DNA from: an uncultured Bacteroidales bacterium
GTDB lineage: Bacteria; Bacteroidota; Bacteroidia; Bacteroidales; GCA-2748055
Assembly (NCBI GenBank): GCA_963764345.1
Contig: CAVXSF010000008.1
Location: 206,706-270,705 of the forward strand
Direction of reading: 5' to 3'
Length of the DNA: 64,000 nucleotides
Shown here: positions 41,352 through 51,824 of the stretch, one piece after another
Position numbering within the stretch: position 1 is the stretch's first letter
How the letters are laid out: every line of letters begins with the position of its first letter
Notes under the pieces: generated by a model
What the model saw: the letters and a program-made list of their open reading frames with translations, nothing else
Databases searched by the model: none
Told to the model about the DNA's origin: nothing
Translations under genes and position numbers: made by a program

Positions 41352-41683
41352 TTTAATAAAATTAGGTTTATTTGTATGGCAAGATAAGCCCGGACCTGTA
41401 ATTACAAAATTATTATTTATCATATGACCCTGCGAAAAGAATCCTTCTCATCCGCGCTGGTGAGGATGTCGTTCATTTTCAAGACCGGGGAGCTGATAGG
41501 TTACGCCGGGAGCTGAACGTGGACATGTGCTGTGCATCCCCCGTATAATGATTGGGCAGGTGCCGTATGCATTCAAAGGGAAGGCGGATATACCTGCGGA
41601 TATCACAGGCCTGGATATCAGGTGGAATCGTTTAAGAGGATGCGTTTTTTAATGATGTGCATTTTCCTTCTGGTTCCTAAACC

Positions 41684-41718
41684 AAAAAAAAGCTGCTTAC
41701 GAGGTAAGCAGCCTTTTT
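41684..41718 (-). terminator. Hairpin terminator downstream of asnB, possibly bidirectional
   Basis: GCTGCTTAC / GTAAGCAGC stem, flanked by A8 on the plus strand (T8 on the asnB strand) and T5 on the other side. Confidence 0.65.
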
Positions 41719-41772
41719 CCATTTATAAACCAAAAGCGGCTTGATTATGCTTTCATATATCACTGGTCTGTA

Positions 41773-43359
41773 TTATTCGCCGCTTTTTCCGTAGTTTGGC
41801 AATACCCGGGCGCTTGGATCGTTTACATCGCAGTTTTTCCATTCTTTATTAGGCATCCACATCGATTTGACCACATCGGCACGTCCAGGGAAATATTTCT
41901 CAAATATATCGCGGTACATCAGTGATTCTTTGGAGATTGGCGGTGCGTGTTTGTACCTGACCTGAGCGATCAGTAAGTCTTCATCGGAATACAACTCTTC
42001 GGCATAGGCTTTCAGGTAATCAACCATGCTATGACCCACGGCGTCAGAAAATGCGGCTTTTTCCCTGTAAAGGATCTCATGCGGCAGGTAATCACCCTCA
42101 AAACTTTTCCTGAGCAGATATTTGCCAATGCCGGTGAAGTTCATCTTTTTTTCCGGACGGATACTCATCACATAATCCACAAAATCAAGATCACCGAAAG
42201 GAACCCGTGCTTCCAGCCCGTTGGAGGAAATGCAGCGGTCGGCCCGAAGGACGTCGTACATATAGATCTCCCTGATCCTTTTTTCCGCTTCCTTTTGAAA
42301 ATCATCGGGTGAAGGGGCGAAATCGGTGTACTTGTAACCGAAGATCTCATCGGAGATTTCCCCGGTCATAAGGACCTTAATGTCGGTATTTTCCCGGATA
42401 TACTTACAAACCAGGTACATACCCACGGAGGCTCTGATGGTGGTGATATCCCAGGTTTCGATGTTATAGATTAGCGTACTCAGGGTATCGAAGATATCCT
42501 GTTTTTTGAACAGGACTTCGGTATGGTCTGCACCAAGATAGTCGGCCACCATCCGGGCATACTTTGTATCGATAGGGCCATCTTCAATACCAACGGCAAA
42601 AGTTCTGATTGGCTTGTCCATCATTTGTGCCGCAATGGCACACACCAGGCTTGAATCGAGTCCGCCACTGCACAGGAATCCTACCGGTACGTCGGCATGA
42701 AGCCTTTTTTCGACGCCCCGGGTCAGCAGCCTGTTGATGTTTTTAAAGATGGTTTCCAGGTCATCGTCTTTATACTTGTCTACCCTGGAAACATCGCGGT
42801 AAGGCAGGATCTTCTCCCCGTCGAAATAGTGTCCGGGGGGAAAGGGTTTCACTGTTTTGCATGATCCGATAAGGGCTTTCATCTCGCTGGCAAACATGAT
42901 CTCGCCATAGTCGCTGTACCCGTAAAACATCGGCCGGATCCCGATCGGATCCCGGGCGGCAAAATATTTATTCTGCCTTGAATCATAAATGACGCATACA
43001 AATTCTGCATCCAGCTCAATAGCCGTCTGTTTTATACCCTTTTCCAGAAACATCGGGATGATTACCTCACAATCGCTTTCCGAACTGAACGTGAAAGTGT
43101 CTTCATACTTTTCCCTCAATTGCGGGTAATTATAAATTTCACCATTGCAAACGAGATGAATATGCTCATACTGAAGCGGCTGGTTGCCGTCATCACTGAT
43201 GTCAATGATCTTAAGACGGTGAAAGCCCATCCAGCCGTCTTCTCCAAAATCTGTAGTAACTGAATTATCCGGTCCCCTGTGTTTAACCGATCTGAAATCA
43301 TGAGCCACATCGAGCTTCAGCTTTTTGTCCTTCCCCGTATAAACCGTAAATCCACACAT
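41773..43359 (-). CDS. asnB: Asparagine synthase (glutamine-hydrolysing)
   Basis: N-terminal MCGF nucleophile, GATase-II domain, and the SGGLDSS PP-loop motif. Confidence 0.92.
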   Translation of the reverse strand: MCGFTVYTGKDKKLKLDVAHDFRSVKHRGPDNSVTTDFGEDGWMGFHRLKIIDISDDGNQPLQYEHIHLVCNGEIYNYPQLREKYEDTFTFSSESDCEVIIPMFLEKGIKQTAIELDAEFVCVIYDSRQNKYFAARDPIGIRPMFYGYSDYGEIMFASEMKALIGSCKTVKPFPPGHYFDGEKILPYRDVSRVDKYKDDDLETIFKNINRLLTRGVEKRLHADVPVGFLCSGGLDSSLVCAIAAQMMDKPIRTFAVGIEDGPIDTKYARMVADYLGADHTEVLFKKQDIFDTLSTLIYNIETWDITTIRASVGMYLVCKYIRENTDIKVLMTGEISDEIFGYKYTDFAPSPDDFQKEAEKRIREIYMYDVLRADRCISSNGLEARVPFGDLDFVDYVMSIRPEKKMNFTGIGKYLLRKSFEGDYLPHEILYREKAAFSDAVGHSMVDYLKAYAEELYSDEDLLIAQVRYKHAPPISKESLMYRDIFEKYFPGRADVVKSMWMPNKEWKNCDVNDPSARVLPNYGKSGE

Positions 43360-43622
43360 AAGAATTCAAATTAATGGTTAAAAAGAAATTCAGAAATATA
43401 AATCTGATATTATTATTGTTCAAAAATAACTAAAATGTAATTAATAATGGCATAAAAATTACATAAAATAAGATAAAACTAAGTTTTACTTACGAATAGT
43501 TATTTAAAGGCTAAAATATTTACGATTTGTTACCCGGAGAAGGGTAAATGGTTGTTCCAGCTTATACTTTATAAGATGGTTTGATGGCAGGCCGGAGACG
43601 ATAGTTTCCGGCACTGCAATAT

Positions 43623-43678
43623 AGTTGTTTAGTTGTTTAGTTGTTTAGTTGTTTAGTTGTTTAGTTGTTTAGTTGTGT
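43623..43678. repeat. (AGTTGTTT)x7 tandem array
   Basis: Six perfect units plus one variant (agttgtgt), in the asnB / ECF-sigma divergent intergenic region. Confidence 0.95.
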
Positions 43679-43685
43679 CTGGATA

Positions 43686-43762
43686 ACCCCTAACTAATCC
43701 CTAACCCCTAACCCCTAATCCCTAATCCCTAACCCCTAATCACCAACCCCTAATCCCCTCCA
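43686..43762. repeat. 7-nt tandem array of CTAAYCC units (about 10), telomere-like CCCTAA-type; the minus strand is G-tract-rich
   Basis: cccctaa ctaatcc ctaaccc ctaaccc ctaatcc ctaatcc ctaaccc ctaatca ccaaccc ctaatcc. Confidence 0.9.
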
Positions 43763-44001
43763 ACATATTTACCTGAAAAACAGACCTGTATATCTTATTT
43801 AAAAATTCACCTTATTATTGTTTAACGATATACTGACAAGATTGAACGATAAAAATTTGTTTGGATATTATTTAGAATAAAAGATCAAAAACTCTTAAAA
43901 AGCCAATAAAAGTAGTAAAAATAGAAAATACCTATTTATAAAGTCTTTCTGAAATGACAGTTTGTAGTTAAATAAATTTGGAAGTTTGTTCAATATACTA
44001 T

Positions 44002-44009
44002 TATATTTG
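44002..44009 (+). promoter_or_regulatory. Candidate -7 box (TAnnTTTG) upstream of the ECF sigma gene
   Basis: TATATTTG lies 36 nt upstream of the ATG. Motif match only. Confidence 0.3.
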
Positions 44010-44044
44010 TTAAACAAAAGAAGATAACCTAAAACCTTCACACC

Positions 44045-44548
44045 ATGACAGCAATAGAATTTAGCAACGCATTGATTAACATGGAAGACAGTCTGGAAAG
44101 GTTTGCACTTAGCCTGACTTCCAATCGAGAAGAAGCAAAGGATCTCTTGCAGGAAACCTATCTGAAGGCCCTGACCTACAGGGAGAAATTTGTTGAGTTC
44201 ACCAACCTTAAAGCATGGGCTTATACCATCATGAAGAACACCTTCATAAATAATTACCGTAAGTCTATGCGGGAAAATACCAAAGTTGATAGTACCAAAG
44301 ATCTTTACTATCTGAATAATTCAAAGGAGTCACAGTTGATCAAACCAGATTCCGAGATCCGTATCAAAGAAATCAGAAAGGCCATCGAACAACTGGACGA
44401 TGATTTCAAAGTTCCTTTCAAAATGCATACGGAAGGGTACAAGTATAAGGAAATAGCCGACACACTGGACCTCAAAATCGGAACTGTCAAAAGCCGTATC
44501 TTCTTTACACGGAAAAAATTGATGGAATCACTGAAGGATTACAGCTAA
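44045..44548 (+). CDS. RNA polymerase sigma-70 family ECF sigma factor
   Basis: Region 2 (DLLQETYLKAL...KAWAYTIMKNTFINNYRK) and region 4 HTH (YKYKEIADTLDLKIGTVKSRIFFTRKKL). No anti-sigma gene is adjacent. Confidence 0.85.
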   Translation: MTAIEFSNALINMEDSLERFALSLTSNREEAKDLLQETYLKALTYREKFVEFTNLKAWAYTIMKNTFINNYRKSMRENTKVDSTKDLYYLNNSKESQLIKPDSEIRIKEIRKAIEQLDDDFKVPFKMHTEGYKYKEIADTLDLKIGTVKSRIFFTRKKLMESLKDYS

Positions 44549-44605
44549 ATTTTTTCGCGTAAATAGGATATACGCATCGTAAAATCTTTAAAATAATTTT
44601 CGTTA

Positions 44606-45319
44606 ATGAAAATCAATGGGAATAATGCGCTGAAAAGTGATGAAGACCACTTTTCAGCTTACAGAGAACTTATGGTTATCGGGGATCAGCAGCCGGAATT
44701 AAACGCTGTTACCCCTCTGCGGTCAGATGCTTTTACAATGTCCAATGATGAGAAGAAACAGAAGATCGCCTATCATTTCAGAGAGATAATGGAAACTCTT
44801 GGAATGGATCTTCAGGACGATAGTCTCAGTGGAACGCCCGACAGGGTTGCACGCATGTATGTCGATGAGATCTTTTACGGACTGGATCCAAAAAATAAAC
44901 CTGAAGCGACGCTGTTTAACAACAAATTCGGATATACGGAAATGCTTGTGGAGAAGGATATAAAGGTGCATTCCTACTGTGAGCATCACTTTGTACCGAT
45001 ATTGGGGAAAGCACACGTGGCCTACATCTCATCCGGTAAAGTCATCGGGCTTTCCAAAATAAACCGGATTGTGGATTATTATTCCAGGCGTCCCCAGGTA
45101 CAGGAACGTCTCACCATACAGATCGCCACCGAACTGATGAGAATCCTGGAAACGGAAGATGTTGCGGTGCTGATTGATTCCGAACATTTCTGTGTTATTA
45201 CACGCGGTGTTCGGGATATTAACAGTTCAACGGTAACCACTTCTTATCATGGCAGGTTCAAAGATCCATCCGTGCGGGGTGAATTTTTTTCCTACATTGG
45301 CATGAACGGGAAAAAATAG
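44606..45319 (+). CDS. folE: GTP cyclohydrolase I
   Basis: GTPDRVARMY and SYCEHHFVPILGKAHVAYI...IGLSKINRIV, plus QVQERLT. Confidence 0.92.
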   Translation: MKINGNNALKSDEDHFSAYRELMVIGDQQPELNAVTPLRSDAFTMSNDEKKQKIAYHFREIMETLGMDLQDDSLSGTPDRVARMYVDEIFYGLDPKNKPEATLFNNKFGYTEMLVEKDIKVHSYCEHHFVPILGKAHVAYISSGKVIGLSKINRIVDYYSRRPQVQERLTIQIATELMRILETEDVAVLIDSEHFCVITRGVRDINSSTVTTSYHGRFKDPSVRGEFFSYIGMNGKK

Positions 45320-45648
45320 GACAGAGTCATTTTTTGACAAGTGGGATTATGGGTATCAGTCCCGGAGGAAGGAATAAATCCTGAAACCGGGACTGATTGT
45401 TTCCGGCTTCTTATCAGGCATTAAACGAACCAAAGCGTTCCGTCAGTACCCGTTAACGGTAATTGAAAATTCCCTCCCCATAGCTTACCGATGCCGATGG
45501 GTATCCTTTCTGTTCAAATCAGTTGATACCTGGTAAACGAATCATATCCGACAGAACCCGAAACGGGCCTGCTGTACATTTGTTCGTTCCGCTGATCCGT
45601 TCTTCTTCTGTCCGGGAGATATTACCGGGTTCTTTTTACCGGTGGCTC

Positions 45649-46911
45649 TCAGGTATACATCAGGATATAGGTCAGGAATCCCGCGCTGTACCCGATCAGG
45701 GCAAGAAGACTGACCCGTTTCAGATACCAGAAAAATTCTATTTTTTCCATACCCATGACCACTACACCGGCAGCCGAACCGATGATGAGCACACTGCCTC
45801 CCGTGCCTGCACAGAATGCCAGCATCTCCCAAAGGCTGTTATCGATGGGGAAAACTGAGACATCATACATGCCCATACCGGCGGCAACGAGAGGAACATT
45901 GTCGATCACGGCCGACATCAGACCTATGATATAGATGATAAGCCGTTTATCGGCAAAGGCATGGTCGAGTCCTGCGGCCAGGCTTTTCAGGATACCAGCC
46001 GACTGCAGTGCTCCGACGGCGAGTAAAATCCCGAGGAAGAACAGCACACTGGAAATATCGATCCGCGATAAAGCCTCGTTGATACGCAGATGCCTCCGCT
46101 CTTCATACCGGGAATGCATCAGGTCGGTCACCATCCACATAATGCCCACTCCGAGCAGGATCCCCATATAAGGAGGAAGGTGGGTAATGGTTTTGAATAT
46201 TGGGACAAAGATCAGCGAGCCTATACCGAGGAACAGTACAAAAACGCCTCCCGGTTCGGTTTTGGACTGCTCTTCGATCTTCTTTGCATTGACCATTAGA
46301 GTTCCTTTCAACCGGAATGATTCGATCGCAAGTGGGATGGCGAGAGTCACAATACTCGGTATGAAAAGGGCCTTGATGATATTCCAGCTTGTGATCCTGT
46401 CGCCGATCCACAGCATGGTGGTGGTGACGTCCCCGATAGGAGTCCATGCACCACCTGCATTGGCAGCAATAATGACCATACTGGCAAACATGACCCGGTC
46501 CTTCTTGTCGTCAATGAGCTTTCGCAGCAGGGAGACCATAACGATGGAGGTGGTCAGGTTATCCAGGATGGATGACAGGAAGAATGTGGCAAAGCCGGTC
46601 ATCCATAACAGGCTCACTTTGTTTTTTGTATGAATCCACTGGATTATGACCTTGAATCCTTTATGGGCATCGATCATCTCGACAATGGTCATGGCTCCCA
46701 GCAGGAAGAAAAGGATCTGGGATACTTCAGCAAGGTTTTCAGACAATTCGTGAACGGTTTGAGGGATATCATATTCGCCCAGTGAGAATATAACCCACAG
46801 CGCCACAGCCATAAGCAGTGCTATAGCTGTTTTCCCTACTCTTAAAGGGTGTTCCAGCGCGATTGCCGTATATCCGGCAATGAAAACTACAATGAGTGAA
46901 ATAATAAACAT
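45649..46911 (-). CDS. NhaD-family sodium:proton antiporter (ArsB/NhaD permease superfamily)
   Basis: 420-aa polytopic protein of about 12 TM helices, with NhaD-like segments (SSILDNLTTSIVMVSL, ANAGGAWTPIGDVTTTMLW, SAVIDNVPLVAA). Confidence 0.75.
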   Translation of the reverse strand: MFIISLIVVFIAGYTAIALEHPLRVGKTAIALLMAVALWVIFSLGEYDIPQTVHELSENLAEVSQILFFLLGAMTIVEMIDAHKGFKVIIQWIHTKNKVSLLWMTGFATFFLSSILDNLTTSIVMVSLLRKLIDDKKDRVMFASMVIIAANAGGAWTPIGDVTTTMLWIGDRITSWNIIKALFIPSIVTLAIPLAIESFRLKGTLMVNAKKIEEQSKTEPGGVFVLFLGIGSLIFVPIFKTITHLPPYMGILLGVGIMWMVTDLMHSRYEERRHLRINEALSRIDISSVLFFLGILLAVGALQSAGILKSLAAGLDHAFADKRLIIYIIGLMSAVIDNVPLVAAGMGMYDVSVFPIDNSLWEMLAFCAGTGGSVLIIGSAAGVVVMGMEKIEFFWYLKRVSLLALIGYSAGFLTYILMYT

Positions 46912-47205
46912 AATGGTTAGTTTGGTTGAAAAAACGTCGTCAAAAGTAGTAATGAACCTTTATCGTTATTCTGTAAGTGTGAATTTTTTCGAAAAAAAAT
47001 GAGGGTAAATACCGGACGCGGAATCACCTTCCGGGAAACCGGCCTGGCAAGTGGATGAGGGAGAAGGCGATCCATAGGATTGAAAAAAGAATATCTTTGT
47101 TACCCGTTTCACTATTTGAAACATTTTCATTCTCTGAAAGTTTTAAGGATAGCCGGTGGATGTTTACCGGGAATTCTTCATTTTTGCAATTTCAACAGAA
47201 TAGAT

Positions 47206-47628
47206 ATGACAAAATCCAGGTACAGGAAGTGGTTGATTCCGGTCTTTTATTTCTGGCTGATCACCTTGTATGTTCTTACAGCAATACCAGGCAGCAACGG
47301 TCCTGAGAAATTTTCTGACTCACCCGTCCGGTGGGACTATCTGGAGCATCTGTTTCTGTTCATGCTCATACCCATACTTTATTTCCTGTCGGGAGGAGCC
47401 GGTATGAAGATAAAAACCCTGCGGGCAGGGATTCTTCTTATATGCGCAGGATTATTTTACTCCGTGGTTGCTGAAGTTCAACAGATATGGGTCCCCGGAA
47501 GAGCTTTCAACCCTGTGGATCTTACTCTTAACCTGACAGGTTTCCTTACAGGCATCCCTGCCGGGATATTTGCAAGCCGGATCATCTTCAGGAAGCGTTT
47601 GAAAAATGGGCAAAGAGCGGACATCTGA
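47206..47628 (+). CDS. VanZ-like family membrane protein
   Basis: Four TM helices and a C-terminal GRAFNPVDLTLNLTGFLTGIPAG motif. The ATG at 47206 is preferred over the track start. Confidence 0.6.
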   Translation: MTKSRYRKWLIPVFYFWLITLYVLTAIPGSNGPEKFSDSPVRWDYLEHLFLFMLIPILYFLSGGAGMKIKTLRAGILLICAGLFYSVVAEVQQIWVPGRAFNPVDLTLNLTGFLTGIPAGIFASRIIFRKRLKNGQRADI

Positions 47629-47826
47629 ATGATTGGGATCAGCGGTAAGGATTTAATTAGTACAGACCGGTACCCGGGGAACCTGTCAAATACTGGTCTG
47701 AATCCGGATTTCCGTATCCATGATTGTGCAGAATCCGGAATTTTGCCTGGTCGTCAATTAGTCATTTTCCCATGGTTTTTACCTTTACTGCATTCTTCCC
47801 ATCCGCTTTCCAATGATTTCTGATTT

Positions 47827-50592
47827 CTAGTTCTCTTCCCCTTTTCGGACCTTCCTGATAAAGGCATCTGAATATCCTTCCCCTCTCACTCTCTGAAGGG
47901 CTTTTTCTGCATCGGACATATCCATGTAAATGCCCTCCGAAATTCTAAAGAAACCGTCATTTCCCTTTGTAATCCTCAAATCCCGCAGCTGGGTGAAGGC
48001 CGACGGGTCAGGCCGGTTTTTTGTGGCAGTGATCTGTATGGTGAAGTAGAAATTGCTGGTATTACGGTCCGGTTCTGCTGGTGATATGGTGATATAGTTT
48101 GACAGGGGCATGACAAATGCATCAGTGTAACCTTCTTCTATATAATGACTTAACCTGGTCATGGCCTGGTCGTGGGTTTCAAAAATGCCGGTAACATACC
48201 TGTGATACCCGTCTTTACCTTCATACAACTGAATGTTCTCAGGATGGCCGAAAACATCGAAGTCAGTTTCGTTTTTAAGTGCCATGAGTTGAATGGTGAA
48301 CGGACCCTGAACTTCTTCAGGGCTGAGATCGGACGTGGATAACAACCTGGTGAAATCATTTTCTCCAAGCATAAATGCATCTGAAAAGTCACCGTCAATC
48401 ACAGTATTTAGAAATTTGGTGGCTTCAGTCCTGATACTGAAAGGCCCGGTAGCATACAGGCAACCTTTTTCCGTTTCGAAAAGACGTGTATCCTGACCCT
48501 CCACATTAGCCGGGAAGGTGTTTAGCTTTTTCTTTGGTTGTTCAAGAATGACATAATACCGTTTGTCTCTCATCGGCTTGAGACTTTCAGGCACTTTCAG
48601 TTCATCCATCCTGATGTTCTCATAATGATTGTTGATGAGCATGATTTCCACCTGGCGATTCAGCTTACGGCCTTCGGGATTATCTGTCCCGTCAGGATTG
48701 ATATTCCTGGCGACATTTCCCTGTTCACCCACCCCCGATGAGATAAACCGTTCCCGGCTAATACCCCTGGCGACCAGGTAATCGAGCACAGACCTTGCTC
48801 TCTGCCGGGAAAGGTTCAGGTTATAATCCGAAGCACCCCTGGAATCGGAATGACCACGCACCTGTACAAACAAATCAGGGTAGGTTGTCATCACCTGGCA
48901 GAGTTTCTCAAGTTCAAACCGGGCTTGTTTATCGAGCACAATACTGTCGAAGCCGAAGAGAATATTTTTGACCAGGAGATAGGTGCCGTTGGTTACTTTT
49001 TCGGGTTGAAGGCTGGATTCCACATGTATTTGTTCCCGGGTGATGCCCGGCTTGATATCCAGGTCAAGTTTTTGTTCACTATAATGATCAGAATTGATCA
49101 CAATGTTGTAATTACCGGAGGGTACTTCAGCGGTGTAATTCCCTGTTTCCGGATCCGGCGCGACGGAGGCAACAGTGTCACCTGACCCGGTGTCAATGAT
49201 TTTTACTTCAGCAGATGCACTGATGTCGACATTATCTTCAGCGGTCAGGTTTCCGTCTATAATATAGTTGTGGTCGGCTGAGCCCGTAATAAAGCTGACC
49301 CATTCAATCCTGCCTTTGGGCATAGGTTGGTGGAAGCTGCTGTAAAGGGCATATTTGCCATCCGCCAGGGGAAAGAAAAAGAGGTCGTCGTCGCTGGTAC
49401 TAAGAGGAAAACCGAGGTTTGCAGGAACCGACCATGTATCATCGGGAAGCCTGGTACTGTAAAAGATATCGAAGCCACCCATGGTGGCGTGACCCATAGA
49501 ACTGAAGTAAAGGGTTTTACCATCTTCAGAAAGAAAGGGCGTTTCCTCGCTGTAAATTGAATTCACGGGCTTTCCGGCATTCACCGGGTTCGACCATGAA
49601 CCGTCTTTCCCGGGATGTGAGAAGTAGATATCCATGGCACCGCAGCCCCCGGGACGGTTGCTTGTAAAACAAAGTGTCTTCATGTCGGCGGAAATACTGA
49701 CATGTGTCTCATCCCACTGAGAATTCACCGGCTCCGGCAGTTTCTCCATTTCACTCCATCCGCCTTTTTTGAAGTGACTTACATACAGGTTTTTATCGAG
49801 GCCATCCTGTTTAACCAGGAATAGCTCGGAGCCGTCGGTTGAGATGTCGGTAATCTGGCAATCCTCACCACCCCTGATCTGGTCATTGATATTTACCGGC
49901 TTCTCCCAATTCCCATTCTTTTTCCGGGTCATCATGATGGCCGAATAGAACGGTTTCTCCGACATAAATAGCAGAACTGAATCTTTCTCAGCCATCACAG
50001 CATGGAATGCGGAAGAAGCACCGTTCACCATATTGCCTGCATCTTTTAATCCGATCTTGACGGTGTCCCTGATCATTTGTTTTGCCAGGTTCACCGAGGC
50101 AATCTGTTCAGCCACATAATCGATCTCTGCTGCGTCATATAAGGGCATCACATTTTTATATTTCTCATAGTAGGTCATGGCTTCATCAAAACGGTTTTCG
50201 ATGTGGTAGGCTCTTGCGAGGGCGAAAAACGCCTCCCGGGGAGCATTCCTTTCGCGGTATGAACCCTCACGGTAACCTGGCGATACACTGGCAACTGCCT
50301 GTTCGAGAAACGGGATGGCCCGTTCCTTAAGTCCGTCAACACTCAGGTAACTTGCGCCTGTAAGGAACTGCAGATTGGCATTTGTGGGGTCAGCCTTTAA
50401 AAGCTCATGATAGAGAAAGGCAGCTTCCTGAAAATCACCACGCAGGAAAAAGTATTCCGCCTCCTGGAATTTTTCCTTAAAGGTCTTCTTGTCCAATCCC
50501 TGTTGAGGGTAACCCTTGGCGAGAAAGACAAACATGAATATGCACGTACAGAATACCTTCGTCAACATTTTTGGAATTCCTTCACGGTTCAT
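47827..50592 (-). CDS. Large OmpA-family envelope protein: TPR, PD40 beta-propeller repeats, OmpA_C domain and C-terminal SPOR-like repeats
   Basis: N-terminal TPR-like helices and PD40 repeats (LCFTSNRPGGCGAMDIYFS, LYFSSMGHATMGGFDIFYS). OmpA_C is present (LFGFDS..VRGHSDSRGASDYNLNLSRQRARSV). Two or three ~70-aa modules end in GYxDAF (SPOR-like). Confidence 0.8.
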   Translation of the reverse strand: MNREGIPKMLTKVFCTCIFMFVFLAKGYPQQGLDKKTFKEKFQEAEYFFLRGDFQEAAFLYHELLKADPTNANLQFLTGASYLSVDGLKERAIPFLEQAVASVSPGYREGSYRERNAPREAFFALARAYHIENRFDEAMTYYEKYKNVMPLYDAAEIDYVAEQIASVNLAKQMIRDTVKIGLKDAGNMVNGASSAFHAVMAEKDSVLLFMSEKPFYSAIMMTRKKNGNWEKPVNINDQIRGGEDCQITDISTDGSELFLVKQDGLDKNLYVSHFKKGGWSEMEKLPEPVNSQWDETHVSISADMKTLCFTSNRPGGCGAMDIYFSHPGKDGSWSNPVNAGKPVNSIYSEETPFLSEDGKTLYFSSMGHATMGGFDIFYSTRLPDDTWSVPANLGFPLSTSDDDLFFFPLADGKYALYSSFHQPMPKGRIEWVSFITGSADHNYIIDGNLTAEDNVDISASAEVKIIDTGSGDTVASVAPDPETGNYTAEVPSGNYNIVINSDHYSEQKLDLDIKPGITREQIHVESSLQPEKVTNGTYLLVKNILFGFDSIVLDKQARFELEKLCQVMTTYPDLFVQVRGHSDSRGASDYNLNLSRQRARSVLDYLVARGISRERFISSGVGEQGNVARNINPDGTDNPEGRKLNRQVEIMLINNHYENIRMDELKVPESLKPMRDKRYYVILEQPKKKLNTFPANVEGQDTRLFETEKGCLYATGPFSIRTEATKFLNTVIDGDFSDAFMLGENDFTRLLSTSDLSPEEVQGPFTIQLMALKNETDFDVFGHPENIQLYEGKDGYHRYVTGIFETHDQAMTRLSHYIEEGYTDAFVMPLSNYITISPAEPDRNTSNFYFTIQITATKNRPDPSAFTQLRDLRITKGNDGFFRISEGIYMDMSDAEKALQRVRGEGYSDAFIRKVRKGEEN

Positions 50593-50807
50593 TCAATTAA
50601 CAACGCCTGAAAGTAACGATTTCATCCTGTGAATATCAATTTCTTTTATGAACAAACATTTTATGAATCTGCAGGTTAATGACCGAATCCGCTATGATGA
50701 GGCAACCGGCTGAATATGAAAAATTGGTAAGTGGATCGATGATAACAGATAATCCCTGGCTTATTGTCAGTTTTCAGCAGAAAAAAGGAAGTCGGCAGTT
50801 TATAGAC

Positions 50808-51716
50808 TTAGCCTGCATTTTCTTTTTCGCTGATCTTCTCCAGAAAATGTACAAAATCAATGGCACTATCCATCATCCTGACATTATGTGGAAGGCCCTC
50901 TTTCACCGGGTCGGGATCGAAAGTGGAAAAAAGAATGATCTGATCGGGAAATTTCCTGGACAGTTTATCGAGGTATGTCCTGAAGTTGATCCCGGAAATA
51001 TTGGAGCTCAGGGATGTAATGAGATAATCGCAGGGTCTGATCTCCACCACTGCCTGAAGGTCATTGAAGGGGACAGACTGACCCAGGTAAATGACCATGT
51101 TGCCTCTTTTCTTGACCAGGTAATAGTAGAACAACAGGCCGATTTCATGAAGTTCCCCTTCTGGGAGAAAGAGAACAAAGCGTTTGCTGGGTTTATTGGG
51201 TTGGTCTTTATCCATGATGCCATCGATGGCAACAATGAGCTTCTGCCGCACCAGGTTGGAGATGAAATGTTCCTGGGCAGGGTTGATAGCCCCGGTTTGC
51301 CAAAGGATCCCGATTTTCTGAAAGAAAGGGTAAACGGTATACAGGATGGTTTTTTCAAATCCTTCCTGCATAATCTTTCTCGATAATATTTTTTCAAACT
51401 TCTTCTCATCCAGCTCTATCATGGCAATCACCAGGTTGTCAATCAGACTTTCTGTGTCTTGATTCTGCCTGGAAATCTCGTTAATTTTTGAGCTGATCTC
51501 TTCGTTACCCAGGTTGGCAATATGGCTTATTTTAAGCCCGTTACGGTTTAGCAGGGCTACGTTCAGTACTTTTTTCAGATCCAGATCATCGTAGAAACGG
51601 ATATTCGTATCCGTTCGTTTCGGTTCCAGAAGGTTATACCTCTTTTCCCAGATTCTAAGGGTATGAGCCTTGATGCCTGAGATTTTTTCAAGATCCTTGA
51701 TAGAATAGTTTGACAT
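50808..51716 (-). CDS. MerR-family regulator with a C-terminal cobalamin-binding domain (CarH/LitR-like)
   Basis: MerR HTH (YSIKDLEKISGIKAHTLRIWEKRY) and a B12-binding-type Rossmann region with LPEGELHEIGL (E/DxHxxG-like). Confidence 0.75.
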   Translation of the reverse strand: MSNYSIKDLEKISGIKAHTLRIWEKRYNLLEPKRTDTNIRFYDDLDLKKVLNVALLNRNGLKISHIANLGNEEISSKINEISRQNQDTESLIDNLVIAMIELDEKKFEKILSRKIMQEGFEKTILYTVYPFFQKIGILWQTGAINPAQEHFISNLVRQKLIVAIDGIMDKDQPNKPSKRFVLFLPEGELHEIGLLFYYYLVKKRGNMVIYLGQSVPFNDLQAVVEIRPCDYLITSLSSNISGINFRTYLDKLSRKFPDQIILFSTFDPDPVKEGLPHNVRMMDSAIDFVHFLEKISEKENAG

Positions 51717-51824
51717 ATCAAAATTCCCCGGTAAGATGCGGTGTTCAGGACATCGCGAATCCAAATTATTTTGCTAAACTAACAAATTTTGTTTAAAAAA
51801 GTTTATGGAAAGTTGAACATAATG

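Noticed and set aside
41532-41744. A 70-aa ORF between the PLDc_N gene and asnB
   Set aside because: It overlaps the asnB terminator hairpin and has no motifs. It is probably intergenic.
43686-43762. CCCTAA-type repeats as a real telomere or a linear-replicon end
   Set aside because: The array is internal and flanked on both sides by ordinary chromosomal genes (asnB and an ECF sigma gene). Similar blocks occur at several other internal sites, so the resemblance is only in sequence class.
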